Assembly (NCBI GenBank): GCA_963726195.1
Contig: CAVSBO010000013.1
Span: forward strand, 32,001 to 96,000
Direction: 5' to 3'
DNA length: 64,000 bases
Source: Candidatus Thorarchaeota archaeon
GTDB taxonomy: Archaea > Asgardarchaeota > Thorarchaeia > Thorarchaeales > Thorarchaeaceae
In this document: piece after piece, positions 22,857 to 31,038 of the stretch
Numbering within the stretch: the stretch's first letter is position 1
Layout of the letters: the number at the start of each line of letters is the position of its first letter
Translations under genes and position numbers: made by a program
Notes under the pieces: generated by a model
Seen by the model: the letters and a program-made list of their open reading frames with translations, nothing else
What the model was told of the DNA's origin: nothing
Databases searched by the model: none

Positions 22857-23024
22857 CGTAAGTTATACAGACGTGCTGGGAACCTGCCATTAGACTATCT
22901 TTTCGACACCTACGACATGTAAAACAGTGACTGTGGACAGAATTGAGCGCATAATACGCAGATGAGCACCAGCGAATGACACCGGTTCTTTAGGACCTGA
23001 GCTTCCTTTGTTGTTCGGTGCAGA

Positions 23025-23261
23025 ATGAGAGTAGTCACGATATGCTTGCCAGAGTCCTATGTTGAAGGCATGGACGCTTTGATAAAGAAGGACATGTACC
23101 CAAGCCGATCAGAGGTCATTCGCATGGCCATAAGAGACATGTTGGTGGCAGAACTCTGGAAGGAGGAAAGGCCATCAGGTTTGCGTCCTATGCTAGGACG
23201 GGGCGAGCGGCCATCTGCAGTTCCCTTAGAGCGAGTATCTCCTATCGGGCAGTATAGGTAG
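23025..23261 (+). CDS. Ribbon-helix-helix (CopG/Arc/MetJ) transcriptional regulator
   Basis: MRVVTICLP...MDALI....YPSRSEVIRMAIRDML. Confidence 0.9.
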   Translation: MRVVTICLPESYVEGMDALIKKDMYPSRSEVIRMAIRDMLVAELWKEERPSGLRPMLGRGERPSAVPLERVSPIGQYR

Positions 23262-23339
23262 TCTGTACGACTCAATTAGCTTTTTCTTGGGAGCTTTCGT
23301 TCACTATTACCTGATATCCAAAGGCAGAGGAATGCGGAT

Positions 23340-23930
23340 ATGGTGCGCAAGATATTCGGACGCGGCAAGAAGGATACCGAAGAGGAAAAAGAGAAGTCAG
23401 TAGATGAGAAACTAGGTTCTCGGGAACTCGAAGAAACTTACATTCCGCCTCCTAGTGAGACTCACATCGAAGCCACTCCGACTGAGACTGAGGAATCATT
23501 GCCTGAGGCGAAGCAGTCTGAGCGAGGCGGAACCGTACCCTACCACAGTTCGTTGCCGGATCGTCTCAAATACTTCTTTGACGATACTTCTGCTGTCAAA
23601 GGAATAGAAAGCACGGACGCGTTCACGATCGGGTTCTTGGCCATGGGTGACAGATTCAAGGTCGAGAAGGAGTCCATGGGTCCGATTAAAGTGGATTCCG
23701 GAATGACGCACGACGAGGATGCATTCATACGGGTTTCCAATGATGCGGTCGCCGACCTCCTGTCTGCTGCCACGTTCAAAGAGTTCTCGGATGTCTACAT
23801 GCGTTACTACAGGAATGCGGGACCGGGCAAGTTCGTGAAAATCGAGCTTCGTGAGGACATCAGTACACTGAACAAGCGCGGTTTCGCCAGAGTTCCACTC
23901 CTCAAACTCCTGATTGGAACTGCGCGCTAG
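23340..23930 (+). CDS. Hypothetical protein with acidic N-terminal region and possible SCP2-like C-terminal domain
   Basis: Clean ORF. The segment F.V....G.IKV.SG...D.DAFIRVS.DA..DLL is reminiscent of the SCP2 lipid-binding fold (inference). Confidence 0.65.
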   Translation: MVRKIFGRGKKDTEEEKEKSVDEKLGSRELEETYIPPPSETHIEATPTETEESLPEAKQSERGGTVPYHSSLPDRLKYFFDDTSAVKGIESTDAFTIGFLAMGDRFKVEKESMGPIKVDSGMTHDEDAFIRVSNDAVADLLSAATFKEFSDVYMRYYRNAGPGKFVKIELREDISTLNKRGFARVPLLKLLIGTAR

Positions 23931-24060
23931 AAGAGAATCGCCGTTCATGCTCAAGCCCTCAGTTCCGCTCTATTTCGAGAACGAGTTGGAGCGCCATGTT
24001 AATAGGCAACTCCTCGCGTGCGGACTTTGTGGATGGTTGATTCAGTGAGGAGACTCTGCG

Positions 24061-24744
24061 ATGACTGACCTACGAACGCCAGTAGTGGTTGTCAATTTCA
24101 AGACTTACCCTCAGGCAACTGGTGACAAAGCAGTTAGCTTGGCCAAGATGTGCGAGAAGGTGGCTCGCGAGTACAACGTGTCAATCGTTGTGGCGCCCCA
24201 AATTGCAGACCTTTACAGGGTAAGCACCGCTGTCACAATACCTGTTTTCTCCCAGCATATGGATCCAGGGGAGCCCGGTCGATGCACGGGACACACCTTG
24301 GGCGAGACGCTTGTTGCATCCGGATGCAAGGGCACTCTCTTGAATCACTCTGAAAAGAGGATGCAGCTCGCTGATATCGAAGAAGCAGTCAGAATCGCAG
24401 AGAAGCTCAAGCTCTACACGATTGTGTGCACGAACAATCCATTCGTGAGCGTGGCCGCTGCATCCATTCATCCGTCGGCAATAGCAGTTGAGCCCCCGGA
24501 GCTGATTTCTTCTGGTATCTCGGTTTCAAAAGCTCAGCCGGAAATCATCACGGGTACTGTTGAAAAGATACGTGCAGTGAACCGCGAAGTCACGATACTC
24601 TGTGGTGCGGGTATCACAGTAGGTGAAGATGTGAGCGCTGCAATCAAGCTCGGCTCTCAAGGTGTTCTTCTGGCATCGGCAGTTGCGAAGTCGGACAAGC
24701 CTGAGGCCGCACTGAGGAACCTCGTAGCGCCTCTTAAGAAATAG
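24061..24744 (+). CDS. tpiA: Triosephosphate isomerase (archaeal type)
   Basis: VNFKTY, FSQHMD, LLNHSEKR, AVEPPELI, LCGAGI and GVLLAS motifs. Confidence 0.96.
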   Translation: MTDLRTPVVVVNFKTYPQATGDKAVSLAKMCEKVAREYNVSIVVAPQIADLYRVSTAVTIPVFSQHMDPGEPGRCTGHTLGETLVASGCKGTLLNHSEKRMQLADIEEAVRIAEKLKLYTIVCTNNPFVSVAAASIHPSAIAVEPPELISSGISVSKAQPEIITGTVEKIRAVNREVTILCGAGITVGEDVSAAIKLGSQGVLLASAVAKSDKPEAALRNLVAPLKK

Positions 24745-24775
24745 CAGCTTCCGCTCATCTTTTCAGAGTACCAGT

Positions 24776-25681
24776 ATGGTAGTGAGATGGCAATCCGAAT
24801 TGAAAGTCACTCCTTACTGTGCCGAGTGTTTGTTGGAACGCGCAGTGAAACAAGTGCGTCTTGCCACGTCCGATGCAGATCTACAGGCACGGGTAATCGC
24901 TGCAATGACAGAGCTCCTTGAGAGAGAGTTTACCGCAGACTCAGTGCCATGCTACATTGGAACGGACCGGGACCTGCTGGTACAGAGGATGACAGGAGTC
25001 GATCCGTACAAGGAGCTGAAAGCAAGGTCAAATGAAATGGCCCTCCGCATTCTGCCCGAACTAGAGTCATCCATAGGCAGGATGAGGAGTCCTGTTCAGA
25101 AGTTCAGGAGGGCAGCTCTCATTGCGGCTGCGGCCAATGCCATCGAATTCGATGTTGCTGGTCGCGATTTCAGCCTCGACGACTTCAAGGACATTGTAAG
25201 CCGTGTTGAGGCTGACTTGGTTGTCGACCACATAGAGCCCTTCAGGCGTCTCTGCAAGGAAGTCCGCAACGTGACCTATCTAGTTGACAATGCAGGAGAA
25301 GTCGCGCTCGACATCGTGCTGATTTCTCAAATGAAGCACCTTGGCCCACGTGTGACGGCCGTTGTGAAGAGCAGCCCAATTCTCAACGATGCAACATTAG
25401 AAGACGCCGAGGAGGTCGGCCTCACAAGTATCGCAGACAGAGTGATGGATACGGGCCCGCCGACTATCGGCATCATCTTGAATCGCGCGTCAGAAGAGTT
25501 CAAGCAGGTCCTGTTTTCGTCAGAACTGATTGTCGCTAAGGGTATGGGCCACTATGAGTCCCTTACTGAACTTGACTTGCCATGTCCAGTTGTTCACATT
25601 CTGCGGACGAAATGCAATCCTGTCGCAGATCACATTGGTGTGCCGCGCAACAAGAACGTGGTTCTGCTCAGACGACCATAG
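24776..25681 (+). CDS. DUF89/ARMT1-like damage-control phosphatase
   Basis: CAEC, DPYKELK..SN, YLVDNAGE, PILNDAT, AKGMGHYESL and KC..VA motifs. Confidence 0.9.
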   Translation: MVVRWQSELKVTPYCAECLLERAVKQVRLATSDADLQARVIAAMTELLEREFTADSVPCYIGTDRDLLVQRMTGVDPYKELKARSNEMALRILPELESSIGRMRSPVQKFRRAALIAAAANAIEFDVAGRDFSLDDFKDIVSRVEADLVVDHIEPFRRLCKEVRNVTYLVDNAGEVALDIVLISQMKHLGPRVTAVVKSSPILNDATLEDAEEVGLTSIADRVMDTGPPTIGIILNRASEEFKQVLFSSELIVAKGMGHYESLTELDLPCPVVHILRTKCNPVADHIGVPRNKNVVLLRRP

Positions 25682-25707
25682 CGAACGCTTTGACATTCGA
25701 ATTTGTC

Positions 25708-26538
25708 TCACGCCATATCCTGAGAGTACGGCCTAAGGGTTTTGGACAGTGGTGGTGAGTCAACGAAATCCAGCTTGAGCTCTGGGAATTCGAGGCTCAA
25801 CTGATACTTGAGACGTTTCATACCCGGCTCTTCACTGAGAAATGACCCAATCTCGATTGTGTTGACACCCTCTTCGACAGCAATCATCCGAGATTCAGGA
25901 ACCAGCTCACCAGTGACGAGTGTTTCTATATCTTGTTTCTTCGCTTCAGAAATCTCCGGAAGGTCGATCAGGTCTCCCGCACTGACCAAGATCGGTCCCA
26001 GTTCGTCGTCCAGTTCGCCGCCAAACAGAATCCCCTCGAGTCCCATCTTGCTTGAGACATAGTTTGCGAAGCCTGAATGGTTCATTACTCCTGGTGGCTC
26101 ACATATTCTGCCTATTGGGACAGTCTCCGAATAGGTACCGACGGTTCTAAACTCCTTGAGCTTCTTCAATTCGAGAGTCTCGACCAAGGCATCAGTGAGT
26201 CCGCCGTTGGTGCATGCCCATGCGCTCCCGACAGTGCATGCAGAAATGTAGTTCTTTGTCAGGAGTCTCACACGGATGAGGTCGAAGCCATACAGCCTGT
26301 CAAGAGCAAACGGAAAGAGAGGCCTGTACGTGATTAGGAGGTTGGCCTTGTCTTGAGATGCTTTTGTCACAGCTCTTGCCGAAGGGTATGTGGCCACTAG
26401 TACTCTGTTCACGGTCGTCTTTGCCTGCTCACTCTCTGTTTGAGGACCGATTTCCACCCTTGGCTCGATGTCTCTGACAGTCAATTCGCGTGGGGCGACA
26501 CTCTGTAGGAACTTTGTTATGTCAAGAAGAGTCGTCAT
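25708..26538 (-). CDS. Nif3/YbgI-like protein with metal-binding His residues lost
   Basis: Overall Nif3 layout (V.RVLVA, A...ANLLIT..PLF, LVTGEL, IEIG..LSEEPGM), but TYRP replaces THHP and GSF replaces GHY. Confidence 0.8.
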   Translation of the reverse strand: MTTLLDITKFLQSVAPRELTVRDIEPRVEIGPQTESEQAKTTVNRVLVATYPSARAVTKASQDKANLLITYRPLFPFALDRLYGFDLIRVRLLTKNYISACTVGSAWACTNGGLTDALVETLELKKLKEFRTVGTYSETVPIGRICEPPGVMNHSGFANYVSSKMGLEGILFGGELDDELGPILVSAGDLIDLPEISEAKKQDIETLVTGELVPESRMIAVEEGVNTIEIGSFLSEEPGMKRLKYQLSLEFPELKLDFVDSPPLSKTLRPYSQDMA

Positions 26539-26708
26539 GATCGGCTATCTCGCATGAAGGGATTGGACCTAGACCGAATTTTGGTATGTCATGTGTGCTT
26601 GTGAAATCGCTGAGCGAATGTGTCATTGAAATCTATCTTATGCTTTTTGTTCATGAGATGTGGCTAAGACCGAGCTCCTGGTGATATGACTCCCGAGTTG
26701 CTCCTGCT

Positions 26709-29123
26709 TCAGGTCTTCTTTCTGAAGTGGAGGACAACCACGATTATAAGTATCACTCCAACCGCACCAATTCCGATAATCAAAGCCCACTCCAACATGG
26801 CCGGTCCAGTTGCGGCCGGGATCTGATAGGTTCCTCCGATGACGAACGAATTGTCCAGCGCATCATGAATTAGTATCTGGAAGGTCACATTGACGCCCGG
26901 CGCATAAGGACCCAGCGTTATACCATATCCCTCGCCATCGTCAGTAAGGTCCGCTGTATGTGCGGTACCGTTGTTGTAACTTATCTGGGCGGAACTAATC
27001 ATTGAGCTATCTCCGCGACGAACCAGAAGCTTGATGGAGAGTTCTGTTCCTGCAGCGATATTCGTTGCTTGCACAGTGACGTTGGATATGATTCCGCCTA
27101 CTTGGAGGACTATGGGGCTCAGCTTTTCTGTCGTGTTGAAATCGTGGAGGTTCAGCAAGACTCTCGTGTAACCAAACGAAGTCGCAGTGCCGGTCAGGCT
27201 GGCAATATGTGTCGATGAGGGACCAGCTAGGATTTCGGTTGATGCAGCGTCAAACGTCATGGCTGTATTCAGAAAAGGAGTCGCGTTGAGAGATACTCCG
27301 TAAGCATGCCTGTTCTCAAGCTTTATTGACAGCGAAATGCTACTCTTGGGCGTTATCACACCCAAGTTTGGCGCAGTTGTGTTTAGATCTAGTCCCGTTA
27401 CGGTTGGCAGTACCGCATCATTTGCCGCTTTGAGGGCTCGCGATGGGTTCCACCAGTCCATTGCTGACTCCGCCTTCTGAAGGTACAATCTGGAGAGTCC
27501 GGCGTTCAGTCCTCCGCCCTCAAGGGCCTCGATTTCGCTTTGAGCGTTGTTGATTGCAGTTTCCGCTTGGCTCCAGACTTCCAAGAACTTATCGACCCAG
27601 ACTCCTTGCCCGAATATCACTCCATTGGTTAAGTCGAGCACAACTACTCTCCGGTTGATCACCGCATTAGCGATATCCGCGCCTGAAACCGTACCGTTCG
27701 GCCCGGTTGGGTTCTTAACGAATACCACATCCCTTGTGTATCCCAAAGCGCTCGCACTATGAGCGTCCGAAGCTCCGTAGAAGGACCTGAAGTAGCATGA
27801 CTCCCCGAGTCCTTGGAAGTAACCGGAATTAATCACCTCAAAGGCATCAAATCCATAGGTGTTGAATGCTTCCCAAACAAGCACCTCTGAGTAATCCATT
27901 GTAGGATGTGCCATGCCTGCGAATCCTCCCTGAGCGTGGATTGCATCGATGCCAGTCTTCTGGTCTTCTGTGTATATGTTGCTGGTCAGGGGGAACCCTA
28001 TCGTGTGCTCAATGGCGGACAGCTCTGCGCCGATGATGATCGGACAGTCCAGTCCGAATGTTTGAACATAGCTTCTCGCCTCGAGAGCACCGTAGATGCC
28101 GTCGGGGGATACGATCATGTGACTGTGGTCAGTCACGACAAAGTAGTCGAGGCTCGTAAGGAGGGCAGCTTGGACCATGGTGTCTGCTGTGTCAGAACCG
28201 TCACTATGGGTAGTGTGGGCATGGATGACTCCATTGAATATCGTATAGTTATCTACCTCACTGCTGTTGAGAGATGGTCCTGACCCGATCCTGAATATGG
28301 CCTTCTCAGGCGGTTGCGCGAGTCGGTGCGGATTGCCCACCAGCCAATCGATTATGTTCAAGCTGAGCTGAAAATGATCATTTGGGTTCACTTGCCAACC
28401 GACATCATTGCGATATACGATGAAAGGTGCAGGAGAGCCTACAGCAACTATCCTTCCGCTTCCGTTCTGAGCGACTGCTAGAGCGCTCTTGCTCATCATG
28501 ACAGCCAAGCTAATTGCCGGGCTCGTAACAGTGAGTGAGCAGCCATAGACCTGGTCACAATAACTGTGAAACGACTGGACGTCTTGTGTTACGGCATGGT
28601 CTGAGATTTGGCCGCCACTGCGCAATGATACACCCGTGAGGACGTCCTTATTGAATGTGATTCCATAAGTCTGGGAGACCGGGTTTAGATTAGCAGGTGT
28701 ATACATCCATCCGGCGGTTGTATAGTCGATACCCACCAGAAGCAGTCCACCACCGGAACTTACGAAATTCCAGACTGCGGTCACTTCGCCCGGTGTCAAG
28801 GCCACCATCGGAAAGAACAGACAGAGGACCTTGCAGCCGACTAGGATTCCGCTGTCTAGCGAGGAGTTCCAGTTAGTAGTGACATTGTATCCGTACTCCT
28901 CAAGAAGCCAACCGAACATGGATGCATTGCCCGGAGTCCACATGTCCGAGCCGCCGCCAACGTGCGACTCGTCATAGAGCACTTTACCTCCTATGAAACC
29001 CGCAACTTGGTTAATCGCCTGTGGTGTCCCACATGACAAAGGAACACCAGCTGGCACAACTGGCCAAAGGCTCAACGTTGATATCAAAAACAGAACAACG
29101 ACAGGGACTCCGATTCTCTTCAT
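26709..29123 (-). CDS. Secreted membrane-anchored protein: GIFT/DUF4350-like domain, PHP metallophosphoesterase domain, Ig-like region and TM
   Basis: Signal peptide MKRIGVPVVVLFL; VLYDESH...FVSSGGGLLLVG...GRIVAVG..IIDWL; PHP motifs HAHTTHSDG, VTDH, GAEL, AHP, FEVIN, GASDAH; C-terminal TM followed by RKKT. Confidence 0.85.
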   Translation of the reverse strand: MKRIGVPVVVLFLISTLSLWPVVPAGVPLSCGTPQAINQVAGFIGGKVLYDESHVGGGSDMWTPGNASMFGWLLEEYGYNVTTNWNSSLDSGILVGCKVLCLFFPMVALTPGEVTAVWNFVSSGGGLLLVGIDYTTAGWMYTPANLNPVSQTYGITFNKDVLTGVSLRSGGQISDHAVTQDVQSFHSYCDQVYGCSLTVTSPAISLAVMMSKSALAVAQNGSGRIVAVGSPAPFIVYRNDVGWQVNPNDHFQLSLNIIDWLVGNPHRLAQPPEKAIFRIGSGPSLNSSEVDNYTIFNGVIHAHTTHSDGSDTADTMVQAALLTSLDYFVVTDHSHMIVSPDGIYGALEARSYVQTFGLDCPIIIGAELSAIEHTIGFPLTSNIYTEDQKTGIDAIHAQGGFAGMAHPTMDYSEVLVWEAFNTYGFDAFEVINSGYFQGLGESCYFRSFYGASDAHSASALGYTRDVVFVKNPTGPNGTVSGADIANAVINRRVVVLDLTNGVIFGQGVWVDKFLEVWSQAETAINNAQSEIEALEGGGLNAGLSRLYLQKAESAMDWWNPSRALKAANDAVLPTVTGLDLNTTAPNLGVITPKSSISLSIKLENRHAYGVSLNATPFLNTAMTFDAASTEILAGPSSTHIASLTGTATSFGYTRVLLNLHDFNTTEKLSPIVLQVGGIISNVTVQATNIAAGTELSIKLLVRRGDSSMISSAQISYNNGTAHTADLTDDGEGYGITLGPYAPGVNVTFQILIHDALDNSFVIGGTYQIPAATGPAMLEWALIIGIGAVGVILIIVVVLHFRKKT

Positions 29124-29254
29124 AGAGCCATACCCTTCTGCCTTTGACGGATGGACAACCAAGAGATAAGCAATTCCCTTCATGGGACGCATCCCTGATG
29201 AAGAACCACGGATGCAAAGTGATGCTGGCAGAGAAGTTACTTTGATTCGTTCCT

Positions 29255-29545
29255 TCAGGATTCCGGTTCTTCTTCCTCTGCGGCTTCTTCTTCAATCTCT
29301 TCAGGTTCTGGTTCTTCAGCCTTCTTTGGCTTCACTCTTGTCTCTTTCTCCTCCGGGGCTTCCGTTGGAGTAACGACGGTCTTTTTCTTGATCGCCCTGT
29401 ACTCAGTCTTGGCCTCGCGAAGATTCCGCTTGCGCTTGAGGTCGGTCTGCTGGGGGTTTTGCACTTTTCTAAGGCGGGTGATATCGCGTTTTGCGGCTTT
29501 GAGCTTGTTGACCATTGCCTAGCCACCGTCGTCGACGTCTGCCAT
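29255..29545 (-). CDS. Small basic/acidic helical hypothetical protein (5' end disrupted by in-frame TAG 29519-21)
   Basis: GGTGA/AGGAG RBS before ATG 29545, which is in frame with ORF 29255-29515. Lys/Arg-rich N-half and Glu-rich tail. Confidence 0.6.
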
Positions 29546-29679
29546 GCTCCTGCGGTCACCTGTTATAACTATGTCGGACATTCAATGCCTATGACTGGGA
29601 GGAAGGCTTTTCCTTCAGGATGCTCTAGTCAAATCAGAGATTTGCTCTTGGATAGTACATCCGAGGTGCCACCCAGTAG

Positions 29680-30204
29680 ATGAGCAAGACTGCAAAACGG
29701 AAGGAAATCAGCATCCGTGTCCGCTTAGCAAAGGAGACACTCGAACGGATTGATCTGCTCGTCGGCAGTAACGGGCGTCAGAAGTTCATAGCAGATGCTA
29801 TCGCATGGAGGCTTGACCAAGACGTCCCGCCAGTCATGCTTGAGATGATTGACGATATTGACGCCCTGAAAGACCGAGTAACTCATCTTGAGAAAATCCA
29901 GTCGACAAGCTACTACATCGGCCGTCTCAGTGACGAGGTGAAAAGCAAAGTCTGTCGTGATGATCTCGACAGGAGACTCTTGGCTTATCTCCTTCAGCAC
30001 GAAGGGGCTACGACACCAGAACTTGCACGGTCTCTGCTCAGGAGCAATGGGAAACGTCGGACCGTACTCGGTAGAATAGACAAGCTCAATCAGCGAGCAC
30101 GCACCGTTCTGGGTGTGCGCATACTAGAGCATGAGCGAGGAATAGTGAAAGGGAAACGAGGTGCTTGGTGGCTCGTCAATACGGAGAAGATAGTCCAAGC
30201 TTGA
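29680..30204 (+). CDS. Putative DNA-binding protein (N-terminal RHH, coiled coil, winged HTH)
   Basis: ISIRVRLAKETLERIDLLVG...RQKFIADAI.WRL (RHH-like) and DRRLLAYLLQHEGATTPELA...GKRGAWW (wHTH-like). Confidence 0.7.
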   Translation: MSKTAKRKEISIRVRLAKETLERIDLLVGSNGRQKFIADAIAWRLDQDVPPVMLEMIDDIDALKDRVTHLEKIQSTSYYIGRLSDEVKSKVCRDDLDRRLLAYLLQHEGATTPELARSLLRSNGKRRTVLGRIDKLNQRARTVLGVRILEHERGIVKGKRGAWWLVNTEKIVQA

Positions 30205-30253
30205 AGAGCCCGATACTTCCGTTGAGCCTCTCGCCGGATTGAGGGCGAGGAAT

Positions 30254-30267
30254 AAAAGTCCTTAAGG
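30254..30267 (+). promoter_or_regulatory. BRE/TATA promoter of tRNA-Arg(CCG)
   Basis: AAAAGTCCTTAAGG about 30 bp upstream of the tRNA; a similar motif lies at similar spacing before the second tRNA. Confidence 0.6.
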
Positions 30268-30292
30268 AAACAAGTCATCCTCGGTCGTCAAC

Positions 30293-30370
30293 GGGCGCGT
30301 AGTCTAGCTTGGACAAGGCACGAGCCTCCGGAGTTCGATGTCGCCGGTTCAAATCCGGCCGCGCCCGCCA
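30293..30370 (+). tRNA. tRNA-Arg (anticodon CCG), intronless, CCA encoded
   Basis: Acceptor stem GGGCGCG/CGCGCCC, D-arm, anticodon loop CT-CCG-GA (30328-30), T-arm GCCGG TTCAAAT CCGGC, ending GCCA. Confidence 0.97.
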
Positions 30371-30460
30371 TGTCTCGTAGTGCAAGCGTCATTCTCGTTT
30401 TCTATGGGAGTTTATATTCCATACACAGGATGACACTAGATTAACTAAGAGGTATTAGTC

Positions 30461-30667
30461 ATGAGTGCAGTTCAAGAAACCCTCAATCCCGACGAAGTGC
30501 TAGTCAGAAGATTCACACAGTATCTGAATGGCCCGATGGGGAAAGTAGTCTTGCAGGCACTGGATGAGGGTGAGAGTTTCCTGTTGCAAACGTCTGACCA
30601 CACACTCAAAGTGACGAAGAGCAAGGGTCGTGCGGTCGTCAATCTTCTCAGCTCGCATCGATTCTGA
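30461..30667 (+). CDS. Small hypothetical protein between the two tRNA-Arg genes
   Basis: GAGGT RBS, TTTATA box upstream (~30411) and a clean 68-aa ORF. Confidence 0.7.
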   Translation: MSAVQETLNPDEVLVRRFTQYLNGPMGKVVLQALDEGESFLLQTSDHTLKVTKSKGRAVVNLLSSHRF

Positions 30668-30710
30668 CCGATTGCTAGTGTGTTGGGTCCACTCATTCTC
30701 TATCTACTGC

Positions 30711-30724
30711 GAAGAGTCTATAAG
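30711..30724 (+). promoter_or_regulatory. BRE/TATA promoter of tRNA-Arg(GCG)
   Basis: GAAGAGTCTATAAG about 28 bp upstream of the tRNA. Confidence 0.6.
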
Positions 30725-30748
30725 TCAGACCCATCCCGGCTGTCGTTG

Positions 30749-30856
30749 GGGCGCGTAGTCTAGCTTGGACAAGGCACCAGCCTGCGGAGTTGGATGTCGT
30801 CGGTTCGCATGAGCCGACTTGTAGCTCATGGCCGAGAAATCCGACCGCGCCCGCCA
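30749..30856 (+). tRNA. tRNA-Arg (anticodon GCG) with a 30-nt intron at position 56/57 (30807-30836)
   Basis: Near-copy of the 30293 tRNA with anticodon GCG at 30784-86. Removing 30807-36 restores GTCGG TTCAAAT CCGAC. A BHB-like motif is present at the junctions. Confidence 0.93.
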
Positions 30857-31038
30857 TCTCGTCATCGACTGAATTGCTGTGAGTCTCGTTGCACGTCCTG
30901 ATCGACGTTACGGACTCCTATGGACCCAGAATCGAGCATTGTCTGTTCCGAGGAGCTTAAATGTGGCACAACGTAGAGATAGAGAAAGGCTCCTGACCGG
31001 CTCCATTATATCCCCTTGAACCGACCAACCCACTTCCG

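Noticed and set aside
20244-23340. CRISPR array or tnpA near the Cas12-like gene
   Set aside because: No regularly spaced direct repeats and no HUH/Y1 or serine recombinase ORF were found by eye here or elsewhere in the window.
30293-30856. The two tRNA copies as attL/attR of an integrated element
   Set aside because: Both are full-length, have different anticodons and their own promoters, and there is no integrase.
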